Source: Lytechinus pictus (lineage: Eukaryota). From it: a DNA stretch of 64,000 bases. Both the position numbers and the translations under genes were made by a program. The notes below the pieces were generated by a model. It had not been told where the DNA came from, did not search any database, and saw only the letters and a program-made list of their open reading frames with translations. The stretch's first letter is position 1; every line of letters starts with the position of its first letter. Below, one piece after another: positions 26,200-39,240 of the stretch. Location: positions 11,162,001-11,226,000 of the forward strand of contig NC_087250.1 in NCBI RefSeq assembly GCF_037042905.1. Direction: 5' to 3'.

Positions 26200-28380
26200 A
26201 ATGGATCAGGGGCGAATGGTCGGAGATACTTTCCTCGATTTACGTAAAGCGTTTGATGTTATACCACACAATTTCATTCTTTAAAAACTGAAGTATTTTA
26301 ATGGAATTAAGGGTAACGAATATGATTGGATGAAAGCATATCTAACAGACAGGAGACAGTTTGTCGTTGTAAATAATTGTATCAGTGGAAGTGTAAAAAT
26401 TAGATCAGGTGTCCCACAGGGATCCATATTGGGTCCATTTATATTTTGTATTTTTATCAATGATATATGTAACCTGAATTTGAATGTTAATTCCAAACTG
26501 TGTCTTTGTGCAGATGATACTGCTCTGTTCTGTCATAATGTATTATCTAAGGAGGTACAAGAAACCTGCAAAGTGATTTTGATGTCATATGTAGCTGGCT
26601 CAACATTAACGGTATGCATTTGCATAAAAAAAGACAAAATTCATGGCATTTGGTCATAGGAAAAGATTGAAAATGATGCTTTGATGATAAAATATAGAAA
26701 TTATCCCATAGAAAATGTAAATATGATCAAATACTCGGGTGTAACACTTGACTCTGGCATAACGTGGGGAGAACATGTATCTAGTATCATTGTTAAAATA
26801 TCTCGTATGATAGGCTGTATAAAGAGAATCAAACTTTTCCTTCCGCCTAGGATTCTTAAGAATTTATATTTTGCCATGATTTTACCTTACATTGATTATT
26901 CTTTTACATCTTGGGGGAGCTGTGCAAGAACCAAAAATAAGATACAAAAACTGCAGAATACGTATGCCCGAATAATTCTGAATAAGGACTACCTTACTCC
27001 CCAACATGAATTGTTGTCTATACTCAAATGAAAAACAGTGCAGTAACGTATTAAATATCAATTTTGTGTTCTTGCTTTCAAAATACGAAACGATTTAGCC
27101 CCAGCCTTTTATGGACCACTTATCTGCAAACGTAAAGTAACTTATAAAAACACGATATTCTGAACTATGTCCGCTTCAAATACCCTGCCTAGGACAGATT
27201 ATAAAAGAAAATCTGTTGAATATGTTGATGCCGTCGTATTTAATTCTCTCCCCTGTGATATACGAAAATGCACGTCCCTCCATGCATTAAAAAAACACTG
27301 TAAATCATTAAACTCTGACTGTCATACATGTAATTACACTGAATGACTTAATGTAAATGTAATGAATCCATGATGATTGTTGATTTCACTCTATATGTAT
27401 ATAATGTATTTTGTTTTTACTGTATTATATGTTACATATAAAGAGCTTACTTGCAAAAGGGTTAGGTCCATTTTTCATCAAATTTGATTTTTTTTGGTCT
27501 CAATGTATAGATTTTTAGTAGCTCTATTAGATGATACCAAAGAAAGGTTGAAATTCCTATTTAAAAGTGATCAAAAATGGCAAAGAAAAATCACCTTTTT
27601 TCGGTTAGGTCGATTTTAGTTTAGTTGCAAAAAGGATTAGGTCTACACCAAGTTTTTTGGAAAAGAATATTTAAAAAAATAGAATAAAGGTAGATTTTTT
27701 TTATACCCAATTTTATGTTGTCATGGTAGGGAATCTTGAAAATCTAGTTTCGCATAACAATATGCAATATAGGAGAAAAAAAAAAATTATTTTGTTGGAG
27801 TGGACCTAACCCCTTTTGCAAATAAACTCTTCTGAAGAGCTCATTTGTCAAAAGGGGTTAGGTCCATTGTTCATAAATTTTATTATTTTCTGTCTCAAAA
27901 CCTCTAAATTTTTAGTCGCTTTGATGAAAATAAAGAAAATTTGAAATTTACATGAAAACGTGAAAAAAGGTGGCAAAGAAAAATCACTTTTTTAATCAAA
28001 ATAGATTGGATTCATTTCAGTTTACTTGCAAAAGGGCTTAGGTCCACAATGATATTTTTTTAAATAATTTATAGAAAAAAATTGAAGACAGGTAGATTTC
28101 TTTTATACCCAATTTTATGTTCACATGATAGGGTAGTACATCATGACAATGTAGTTTCTCATAAGAATATTGCAGTAATTGAGAATAAAAAACATGGTTT
28201 TTCTCAGAATGGTCCAAAGTGGACCTTAGCCCTTTTGCAACTAAACTCTTCATATATTGATTTGCTATGATGTTGAATTATTTGTTAAACTGCAGGGCGC
28301 CTTTGGAAAGCAGTTTTGCATAACTGAACAGGCCTACCCTGCAGTAAGAAATAATAAAACCAATAAATAAACAAATAAAC
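26200..28380 (+). mobile_element. CR1/L2-group LINE, 5'-truncated and degenerate
   Basis: FLDLRKAFD (~26230), SGVPQGSILGP, ADDT, GVTLDSGITW, LQNTYAR. 3' stem-loop CAGGG...CCCTG at ~28293-28340, followed by an AATA-rich tail. Confidence 0.88.
27441..28251. mobile_element. Two adjacent copies of a ~400-bp MITE inside the LINE 3'UTR
   Basis: Each copy runs AAGAG....TTG(T)CAAAAGGG(G)TTAGGTCC ... GGACCT.A.CCCTTTTGCAA.TAAACTCTTC; the junction is at ~27832-27834. Confidence 0.75.
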
Positions 28381-29149
28381 ATAGATGTTTAGCACGAAAC
28401 ATTTGCAAGACAAGAACAAAACCTAAAAAAAGTTTGGAAATCTGAGTTTGGCCATTAATTCATCACAACTCCCCAGTTTACACAATGCATATTTTATATC
28501 ATTCAAGGGATAATTAAATTATCTTTAAAATGATACCATGCTTGTTAGGATTATGCCATCACGAAAAGAGCAGGATTCAAAAGTGTTGGATGAGGTCTGA
28601 GTTGAAAAGCTGCAAAACGAGCAGAAATACTAATGAAGGGTCAATACAGAACACGATTCTTTTGTCTGTGTTAATAGATATGAAAATCCATTTAAATCAA
28701 GCAAGCCCCTGCTTCTTCATTTTTTATGTTTTGTCGTGGTTTATGTGGTGATGGTTGTGTCACTTGTGTGAGATAACATAGTTTGAGTCGTGGTTTGAAA
28801 AACCCATGCATGTTTGTTTGTTTGTTATGTGTTTGTTTGTGCAGAGGTGTGTTTGATTCCATGTTAATGTTGATGTTGAGGTGCATAAAAACAAAACAAA
28901 CCACGGAAAAAAGAACAGTGACTTTCAATATTGTGTCATTTTGCAACTTTTGAATTTTGACTTGCCCCACATTTCAAGGCACTGCACTCCATGTGAACAA
29001 TAATCATAATTATCATGTAGGGTGTCATTTTAAAGAAAAAATAATGATCTATTTATTAGTATCAATTACACATAAATAATCACTAAAACCGAGGAGGGAT
29101 TATCGAACAAAGTCGGATTTCCAAACTTTTTTGAGGAGTTTATATATGA

Positions 29150-29320
29150 AAGACAAAATATATGTAAGACTTCAGATATATAATCAAGAAACAAAATCGA
29201 TGCACTACACAGAATATATGTAAACAAAAAATATATGCAAGACACCAAAATATATGCAAGGCACGAAATATATTCAAGACACAAACATATACAGTATGCA
29301 AGACACAAAATATATATTTG
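29150..29320. repeat. Degenerate ~20-bp minisatellite (ATATATGCAAGACACAAA-like)
   Basis: Several imperfect copies, read directly. Confidence 0.7.
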
Positions 29321-32300
29321 TTAAAGGTCCCATGAAATACAGCAAAGATGCTGATTTATTTGTTAGCTTAGTGGTTACTAATTACGATTCCATCAAAATT
29401 TCACCCGAAAAACATCCCACATCAGGTTCAAAGGCAATTTTATATTGAAAATTGAGTCAAATTCGCCCCGCCCACAAAAATTCAGCCCGATTTGGTTTCG
29501 TATATCACTTGACCATTATGACGTCAGGAAAGGAAGCTGCTGAGTGATGTTGACGTTTGGAGCGTGAAGTGCCTATTGTGGTTGCACGTGTGGATTCAAA
29601 GTAAATGATATGTATCTTGATGATCGATGACGATGCTGCAGCCATGATCAAAACCTCGTAAAAATCTAAAAAAAATATGTTTAGGATGAGCTTGGTCGAA
29701 ACACCAACTACACGAGAAACATGTACAATAACTTGGGGTCCGGCTGCACAGCTGAGAAAGCCTTCCTTCGATGACGTCACAATGATTGACAGGTCGATCG
29801 GCCGACGTTTGCGAAAAATTTAGTGGGCGTTCCTGTTAAAGTGAGGTGCTTTATTGTCTATAAAAATATTAAAATATACAAGTTTTTACATCAACAAAAT
29901 TAATATCATATCGCAAAACAATATTTTACGAAAAAATATTATAAATACATAAAATATGCTACTTACACTACAAGTCACAAATCCTCGGCCCGCTTTCAAC
30001 CGTCGAGAACCAGAGAACAATATATTCAGTGGACTGAATCCATTGTTCTCCGGCTCCAACAGGCCAACGGTATGGGACTGCTTTTTTTAGTTTTGACAAT
30101 TCGAAAGAAGTAAGCAATTGTTTGCGGTTAGAATAGTTGCTAATAAATGAAAAGTCTTTCCAATTCCCACCTTCTATAATTTGTCTCACTTTATAACCCC
30201 TCTTTAATCCAGTTTTGATAAAAATAACGTTTCTTTCTACTGTAATATATTGCTATCATAACAAATAATTTCTTTGTTAAAAGGAAAAGTATGTCCTTGT
30301 TAATATCGCAAACATAAAACGTGTGTATATTCTTTATTTCAGACCACTATTTAAAAAGGTCAATGTAAACACAGGTTATTTTTTCTTTTGCATATTCTTA
30401 TTATATTATTTTTTGGCAGTTAAATTTCAAACACACAGGAAAATAAAAAAAAAATTACTGGTCCAGTATTGCAATTACTACAGTTACCATCTGATTTTAT
30501 TTTACTTTTTATTCCAGTAAAGTAAACGCAGCTGGTCAAATAAAATTGACAATTTTGATAAGTAATAGAATTAGCAATCGATTCCCATACTCGGAGATGA
30601 TTTAGCTTTAGGTTCAATTATGTTGTTTTGTTTTATTCTAATTCATAGCTATATCATAAACAAAATCAGCGTCGCTGCATCTTCAGATCTTAACAAACTT
30701 TGATATTTTTTCTAGGAAATATAACTTTATTACTACAAGAGTGAAATAATAACAAACAAAAAGCAAATGAAAACTGCGTTTACATTTCAATTCACAATAC
30801 GTGCGTCAACCAATATTAGAAACAAATGTTATATTTGATAATACACTGTAATCCTTAAAATGAAAAGAAAAACAAACAAAGAGAAAAAGCAAATAGGCCA
30901 AACTATGAATTCAAGCTCTTAACAAAATGTTATTACAACTTTTGAAATCCACAAAATGTGTTCGAAACACCAAATAATTGCTTTGACAATTTTTACCAAG
31001 TAATGAACATATCAAACCAAACACTTGATGTATTTGCGTCATTGGCATTCAAAGCTAGACAAGTTAAAATTATCGTTATGCGTTGGTCAAACTTTAGCGT
31101 TTAATACAAAGAAAGGGCACAGATATGATCCCCACGTGTATGATGTTTTTGAAAAATAAGATCGAATTGATATAATCGGAGTAATCTTAACATTCGAAAG
31201 AAAAATCTTATAAATTTAGGCTACAAAATTTCACTACAGAAAAAAAAACAGTATAAAACGCTCGTTCACCAAATTGTTTGTTAGAAAATGACAGTGACTA
31301 CTGATGGTACGTGTGTGATTGCGATTTACTCTTACAGACTGATGTTTTGGTAAATATGTATCTGGTCGAAAAATTGGGCAAAAGTGAAGAACTTATTGCT
31401 TAGAATATACAAAGATTGATATGGTTTGTATTGGCCACTTTTACCGGTCGGACTAGTATTCACCAATAGATTAGCTTTATTATTCTGAACCTTATTATTT
31501 ATTTAGTCCTCTTTAACCCTGCAAAAGATTGATTCTGTTCGGTGACATAATGAAATAATTAATCTTACTCTGTTAAAAAATCGTAATCACATTCCACACA
31601 TTATTCATAGCTTTGATCTTATCATGACCACCCCCGGTCTGCAATAAACAAACCGGAATTGTGTATTGTAAAATCTACCAAATGCATGCGCAGAAGTAGT
31701 TCTGGTGTCCATATGGAAATTGCAATGTAAAAAAATATTCAGTAATTGCAGGTAGCTCACGAAAAATCCATTACATGTCGCTGAAATGCATTGATTCAAA
31801 CATCATCCAAACAATATTATCCAATCAATTTTATTGAATAAAAAGGAAATAAATTATGTCTGCAGAAAATATGTCTTTTCAAGTAAAGCAGGGTCAAAAA
31901 CTTGTCAAAAGTTCATTTCTGTAATGACTAATCTCATCACACACACATTTTCGGGAATCAACTTCATCACTCCTACAAATGGTGGTAAAACTGTCTACTT
32001 GAGAGAAACGAACCAAAACATAATTAGTGTTATTTTTGTATGTGGATATTCGTGATGACATTGTTTTTTTTCGCAAGAAATGACATTACCATTATTCACA
32101 CTTTTCAGTTGGCAGTGGTCATGATTTAACCAAGTATATCTTTATCAATTTGGTAAAGTAAACATGAGTATTGGTTCTATTGGTGGGGATTAAAGCAAAA
32201 CAGTATAAACGTGCCAAGCCAATCAATATCTTGCCTTGCTACCTCTGATCGTAGCACTGTCCAGAATGGATGTTCTTGAAAGCGACTTAATTTCAAAAGT

Positions 32301-32887
32301 GCATCAACTCATCAGCTTTCTCACCATATCAGAATTGATTTATCCACTTCTAGCTTCTTGTTATTCTCAAACTTTCAAAATCGTTTGCATGTCCCACTTT
32401 GTGGAATAGCCTTTCTAAAGACATAACAAATGTACCTCTGTCGAAACTTTAACAAATCTTCTAAAAACTTGTATTTAACTCTTAGCTCTTTATGCGCCTT
32501 AAGCACTCTACATAGTGGATTTGGCACTTTATAAGTCACATTATTATTTTGTAAATAGAAATTGATAGAAAATGTAACGCTGTGAAGTTTTTCGACTTTT
32601 ACAAATACGTGCAATTTAATCGTTTGTTTATCAGTTTATCAACATACTGATTCGATATATGTATAGACTTCTCATTTACATGGAAAATAAAAATGGCGCG
32701 AGGGCAATGTACAGTGAAGGCTTAATGCAGTATAGGAACCGACACTCCTGGATTCATGCCCATAACATTGAACAGGATTAATTGTAAGCAGTAAGCATCT
32801 TTGCCTGACCCAGATTTAAAACTGTAATTAATATTAACCCAAGTATATTCTGCCAATGCAGACACGTATTTATGGCACTGAGACCTT

Positions 32888-33146
32888 TTAAACCTTTAGG
32901 GTGTGGTTAATCTTACCACCCAATCCAGCTAAAATTAAGACTCTGTGTAAATCAGCCAAACTCCTGGTTGCTTTATTAGTCCATCCAGCGAGACATTCCC
33001 TTGTTGCTTTTGCGCAGTCATTCTTGTTCTTATCTAATGTGTTCTTGGCCTGGTCATAGCCATATTCAAGTTTTCCGCATAAATCGTAGTAGTTGCCGTT
33101 TGGGATGTCTCTTGCTAACCTATTTAGCAAATCGTCGGTGATTTTC
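32888..33146 (-). CDS. Terminal exon encoding a death domain
   Basis: Acceptor ...TCTTACAG|G at 33146. Reads KITDDLLNRLARDIPNGNYYDLCGKLEYGYDQAKNTLDKNKNDCAKATRECLAGWTNKATRSLADLHRVLILAGLGGKINHTLKV*, a six-helix death-fold pattern (LxxLA, LCxxL, CLxxW, LxxVLxxAGL). Confidence 0.8.
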
Positions 33147-35187
33147 CTGTAAGATTTGTTGAAGAAATTGATGCATGAAGAAATTATTAAGATATTCCCG
33201 ACTAAACCAATAATAATAATTTATTCATCTTGTGTTGTAGTTGTCATGCTAGTAGCCAATATTGAGAAGTCCGACTTAAGTTATACCATGGTCTGAGTGA
33301 CTGCTAACACCATAAAAAGCCCCCAAATGGGATAAACTTAGCATTGCACGCATCTTATGGTAATTGAGTTCCTATTCATGACTTACTCCAAAGTTTAAGC
33401 ATCCACAACACCGGAAACATTAGATCTGCCATTCGTATGCAAAATTCTTGATAATGCTACATGTATGGTAACAGCGACATGTCTAGTTCCTAACCATTTC
33501 GCAAGTTGTGCTTTCGCATACAACTGCTGAGCATGGTTCGCCACCCGGGGATGCGAAATTATTTTTTCTCAAAGCAGCTCTGGACCCCAAATGTAAATAT
33601 TCATGAATTGCGTCTTCGGAGTAAGAGTACGCAGGTCCCTACATGAATAAAGTTTTATGGAACGTTTTAACGCAATTTGTTCAATTGTTCTTAGATAAGT
33701 GCAAAATCATGTGTTTCACAAATTTTCAATCTTTCGGAAAAAATCTCAGAATACAGTTGTCTACTTAAAATCCCAGCCATATGCCAATTTTCTCCTTCCT
33801 ATGTCACTAATTTTGTGTCGAAATCAATGTCTGAAAATTCAAATTTCGTCAGAATCCAAGATGGCCGCCAAACGATACCAATGGGATGATATTTGATTTT
33901 AGGAACATCAGAATTCATTCACCAGACACAATGACTACGAAAGTGTAGTTAAGAAGAAAAATATCAAAAGGGTGCATGAAACCCTTTCAGTCACCACGAC
34001 TAATATAGATTCACAATTTGCTTAAACCCAGGTAAATGGATATCCGGCAGGATCTTCCTTTGCAATGTGAATGCTGTATTGTATCAAAAGTCTCTTTGAA
34101 GATCATAGAGACGTTAAATGACACAGAGATATACAACGACGCTCGAATGTCTGTCTAAACTGTTCAAATCGGAAGAGCATTAATAGTATCCTTCTCCCAG
34201 TGGCAAACGGCCCAATGAAGAATGGTACTATTGATATTTCTGAGTGTGAATACATTTACCTTGTTCAGAGAATAATTCATTGCATATTATAATCCTTGTC
34301 TTTCATCATTCTTCATCACATCAAATTAAAACAAAATCATAACTTTGTAAATATTCAACTGACATTCTGGATATGCTGGGAACTAGGTAGCTGGCTCGGT
34401 AGCAGGCAGCCCAGCTAGGCGCGCAAGTGAGAAACGCTCAATATGGCTTGAGTTGCACGCATATAGACTTTTGACCTCAAGGCCTCATGACTTGGTTATA
34501 TTACTCGGAGACGAGACTAGCAGCCAACGGAGGGAAACCCGGAGTGAGCTGGACGGCGAGCAACTTTAGTCGCGAGGCCTTTTGGAACCTAGTGAAAACG
34601 AGAATGTATGAATTATTCATGAGCCTAAAGATGAGGCCGAGGCGCCAATACGCACCATCGATGGCGTGACGTCATGGGCCGGGTCCGCTCGCTTCTGTGA
34701 CACAGAGTCATACAGGGTTCATTGATGGAAGCAATACGCTCGCTAATTGGTCGTTACCTCTGCAATAGAACTGTTTCATCGCAATAATGCAAATCTTTGA
34801 ATGTCATAACTTTTTGTATTCCTTATAAGACCTCATCAAACAAATCTACAGTGTTTTGTTAGTCAGATTTTTCTTTGTCTGTCAAAATCAGATTATTTTT
34901 CAGCTTAGAGTATCTGTTTAAGCAAGGCAATATGTATCACAAGAACAAATAATTAGTATTGGTATCACTATTGTTGCTATTATTTTTATTATTGATATTA
35001 TGCGTTTGTTTCCTCATTCAAATTGCAAATTATGAACATCCTTACTTAAAGTTCACAAAAAGTGTTTTCTTTCACGATACAAAATTTGTGCTGTTTTAAA
35101 GCAATCAAAAGGTGAGTGAAACACGAAAGGGAGAAGGAGAGGAAGAAGTAAAAAAAAAATCATCCTAACATTTTATTTTGAACTCAC

Positions 35188-35290
35188 CTTTTTTGACATC
35201 CGTGAACTAGACAGTCATCTTGCGGTGGTACACTTGTGGATGTGGACGGCGCCATTACGGGTTCGCTCGTTGACTTTTCGTAAGAAAGGG
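35188..35290 (-). CDS. Penultimate exon (103 nt) of the death-domain gene, Ser/Thr/Pro-rich linker
   Basis: Polypyrimidine acceptor CTTCTCTTCTTTTTAG| and donor AAG|GTGAGT. Open frame LSYEKSTSEPVMAPSTSTSVPPQDDCLVHGCQK; the final AG plus G of the next exon gives Arg, in frame with the death domain. Confidence 0.75.
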
Positions 35291-35369
35291 CTAAAAAGAA
35301 GAGAAGATGGCCAGCATTACATACCGTAGTTAAGGGGCTATATGCTGCAAGTCTCCCCTCCCCTCCCCC

Positions 35370-36667
35370 CGAAACGAAAAAAAAAACGAGATTAATGGAT
35401 GATCATAACTTAATTATAAATACAATAGACAAATGACCTACCAATTTAAAGCTTGGCATCTCCTATTTCTTCTAAATTACTTAGATTATTCCTCATTCAT
35501 GCATGAGTGAGCAAAACAAATTGAAGTAACAATACAAAAAATTCATTTGATGGGGTGTATCTGAATCCTGCTCTACCTTGAAGGGGAATGAAATCTTTGG
35601 AACAAGTAGGTTTGTCCCGAAACAACAAAATCAAAGAATAAGAACAAAGAAAGTTTGAGAAAAATCGGACAAATAATGAGGAAGTTATGAGCATTTGAAT
35701 ATTGCAATCACTAATGCCATAGAGATATTTCCATTGGCAATGCGACAAGGATGTGTGATGTCACATGTGAACAACTTTCCCTTTGATGGACTATAAAATA
35801 CCCCCAAAATGTCTCTTTTCTGCGTTTTCTTATGGTTATACAAATTCTTTGTCGATGATGTATTCTTTGAAAATATGTATTACTTGCCCTCCTATAGAAA
35901 GAAGCAGTTCAAGTGAAATGTATACCAATGAAAGTAATGGGGACAGTTGTTCACAAGTGACATCACACATTTTTGTCGCATTGCCAATGTGAAGATGTCC
36001 ATAGCATTAGTTATTGCAATATTCAAATGCTCATAACTTTCTCATTATTTGTCCAATTTTTCTCAACCTTTCGTTGATCTGTTTCTTAGATTTTTCTGTT
36101 TTCACACAAGCTATCTTGTTCCAAAGGTTTCATTCTCCTTTAATCACAGAAAATGGGCAAGAAGTAAACAAGTTATGTTTCCTCGAAAAATGCTTTATTT
36201 CCATAATTTAATTAAATAAATGCGTTTTCACCGGTTTCCCACAAGGTAATAATGCTTGAATGATCGTTAAAAAAAACGTGTCAAGTGAGTCAGAAAGCTA
36301 GCCCGTGAAACATCCTCATTTTATGAAACTAATGATATTCAAGCCTTATTTCAAATAACCAGAACTTATTTTATTTCCAGACCATTTTCCGTAATTGAGT
36401 TATCAAATCATAAAGCAGTTATTGAACTAATAAAAAATGTGGTTTTCTTTTTAAAACCCAGATAAAGCCCGCCACGTGATTTTTTGTATCTCCTCTTGAA
36501 ATTGTGTTGGCTTACTCATGCGTGAATGAGAAATGAGCGTAGTAATTTCCGATGGAAGAGGACATTTTAAGTTTGACAATGAAAGGTCATTGTCTATTGT
36601 ATTTGTGATTAACTTATGATAATTCATAGATAACTCTCGGTTTCGTTTTTTTTCGTGGAACGCATTA
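35370..36667. mobile_element. Older copy of a Tc1/mariner-like MITE carrying a nested Kolobok-like MITE
   Basis: Colinear with the 36670-37487 element (AATAGACAAATG.CCTACCAAT.TAAAGC; CTCGGTTTCGTTTTTTT). The left end is eroded. Confidence 0.7.
35582..36139. mobile_element. Kolobok-like MITE
   Basis: TTGA|AGGGGAATGAAATCTTTGGAACAAG...CTTGTTCCAAAGGTTTCATTCTCCT|TTAA. The empty site CCTTAATCAC is present in the neighbouring copy at ~36937. Confidence 0.8.
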
Positions 36668-36669
36668 TA

Positions 36670-37487
36670 CAGTGCGTCCCAGAAAAAAAACGAAACCGAG
36701 ATTAAGCGATGATTTATCATAACTTAATCACAAAAACAATAGACAAATGGCCTACCAATGTAAAGCATAAAATATCCTCTTTCATCTGATATTACTTAGA
36801 TTATTCCTCATTCACGCATGAGTGAGCAAAAACAATTTGAAGAAAGTATACCAAAAACTCATTTGGCGGGGGTATCTGAATTTCAAAAAGAAAATCACAT
36901 TCCTTAAATGTTCAATATCTGCTCTTTTATTTGATACCTTAATCACAAAAATGGTCGATAAGTAAAAAAGTTATGTTCCCTCGAAACAATGCTTGTATTC
37001 CATAATTTCATTAAATAAACGTGTTTTCACCGGTTTCGCACAAAAGCTATCGCATGGTTAACAAAAGACTTTGATGCATGGCTGATCGTCAACAAAATGG
37101 AATGTCAAGTGAGTTTGAGCGCTAGCCTGTAGCACCTATTCATTTTATGAAATTATTGAAATTCAAGCCTTATTTCAAATAACCAGAACTTTGTTATTTC
37201 TTGACAATTTTCTGTAATTCATGTATCAAATTAAAGAGCAAATATTGAACTTTTTGAAAATGTGGTTTTTCTTTTTGAAACCTAGATACAGCCCGCCAAA
37301 TGACTTTTTGACTTCAAATTGTATTTTGCTAACTCATGTGTGAATGAGAAATAATCTAAGCAATTTCAGATGAAGGAGGAGATTCTAAGCTTTACAATGG
37401 TAGGTCATTTGTCTATTGTATTTGTGATTTAGTTATGATAAATCATCGATAAATCTCGGTTTCGTTTTTTTTTTGTGGGACGCACTG
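36670..37487. mobile_element. Tc1/mariner-like MITE with long inverted arms
   Basis: TA|CAGTGCGTCCCA...CGAAACCGAGATT ... AATCTCGGTTTCG...TGGGACGCACTG|TA. Confidence 0.9.
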
Positions 37488-37501
37488 TATATATATACAT
37501 G

Positions 37502-37549
<48 letters not shown>

Positions 37550-37565
37550 TTATTTATTTATATAT

Positions 37566-38008
37566 GTAAATCAAAGAGTTCTGCGTCGGCGTCGTAATGA
37601 AGAAACAATAGAAGACTTAATAGAAACACCGTGATGAGACATAATCTTCCAGATTTTCGGTCACAGACCTTCTTCTGTGGTGATTTTATTATCCAAAACA
37701 GGATGCATCATTTGGTGATGATACCAACGCGCAATAAACATGATAAATACAATGCGCAACAACAAAACGCGACAGGTGCATTGTTAGAAGATATTGTGAC
37801 GTAATGAGTAAAGTCCAGGCAACTACTAAGACGTAGAGTTAAAACGACAAAAGAGTCTATAGATTCATTGGTAAGAAAGAAAAATTAAATTGGTTTCAGT
37901 CATTGGGAAGGTGCGGAAAGACACATTAATTCCGTGGGGGGCGAAGGTCCCGAGATCAGCTCCTCTTCTTTGAGTTTACGATCCGTCTCACGGTCGCAAG
38001 AGATGACA
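37566..38008 (-). mobile_element. Penelope-like element 3' relic (end of GIY-YIG domain plus terminal repeat region) between TA microsatellites
   Basis: Minus strand reads CDRETDRKLKEEELI, then after a frameshift LGTFAPHGINVSF, matching the PLE endonuclease C-terminus (R..E..LI..LGT..P.G.N). Confidence 0.7.
37649..37680 (-). ncRNA. Degenerate minimal hammerhead ribozyme-like motif
   Basis: CCA-CAGAAGA-A-GGTC-TGT-GACC-GAAA-ATC-TGG: stem I CCA/TGG, core CUGANGA with U4>A, stem II GGTC/GACC, then GAAA. Confidence 0.5.
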
Positions 38009-38012
38009 AGGA

Positions 38013-38070
<58 letters not shown>

Positions 38071-39240
38071 TATATAAATATATATATATAATGTTCATTA
38101 ATAAAATAAATTTGAAGCCCATCTTAGCGTTCACAATGTACAAATAAATAGAGCAATGACTAAGAACAATGGAAAATGGAGCTACTACATTATGATTTTA
38201 AGTCATTTTTTTCTGGCTTTGAATTTTATTTATTCGGAAAACGAAGTTCATAACTGAAATATAATTTTTTTCTGTCATATTCGACCTTGTTCTTGAAATA
38301 TTGTTTAAGCACGGTCGAGAAAAAAAGGTAAATGAAAACATGTTTGATCTTCATCATACTTGACGGATAACTAGCATTAAAACATACCCTGTTAGATATC
38401 ACATGCCAATATTTATCTATACACTGTCCGATATTGATTCACTAGGAAAAATGTCATATCACTCATCACCAAGAGTTAAGAGTTAAAAAAAAAAATGTCA
38501 TTCTGTTAATCACTGCAGGATAGTACATTGGCGGAAAGGGAAAGGGTGGGAAAGAGAGAAGAAGGAAGAGGAAGTCAAGTGAATAAAAGTGGTGATGGGA
38601 AGACTTGGACAATGGAACAATAAAAATAATTCATTTTAATATATAAATTTTCGCTCGCGCTCGCATTGCATGTTCGATGAGATCTTGCTTAAAAGGCTGT
38701 TATGAAGCTTAAAATGTCTAGGTTTGGAGTCAATATACAATACATATTTCAGCTCGAACATCGAGTTTTCTTTATTTTTTTATTTTTTTGGATTTTAAAA
38801 GGTGCTTTGTGAAATACCCGTGTTATGGTCTGATTATCAACATTTTCTGTTCGCGCTGCACGCTCGCATTAGTTGATTTTCAAGTACGTATTAAATTCGT
38901 GGATTCAATAATGTTCTCAAAATATCCCTTTTCCGCTCTGATTGGCCAAACCTATTAGTTAGCGTTGGCCCTCGCATTTTGATGAATGAGTTATACCTCT
39001 ATAATAATTTATATACAAAATACGTAAAGTCTCCCTTTCATGAATATATATGTATATATATTTCTTAGGATGTGTGTGTGTGTATACAGTGCCAGTCAGA
39101 ATTTTTTTTTTCACTTTTTAAATGAAGGATTTTTAAAGAAAATACGGGATTCAGAGAAAATTTATAGCATGTATGGATGGAGTAAATATTCCTTTGTCAT
39201 TTGGTTAATTTCATTTCAGTGTTGTTGTTGTTGTTGAATT

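Noticed and set aside
29968..30189. 73-aa ORF loosely resembling a LINE C-terminal region (LKKAVPYRW)
   Set aside because: Similarity is too short to support a call.
34020..34130. Possible SINE remnant (AACCCAGGTAAATGGATATCCGGCAGG)
   Set aside because: Too degenerate; no tRNA-like A/B boxes could be identified.
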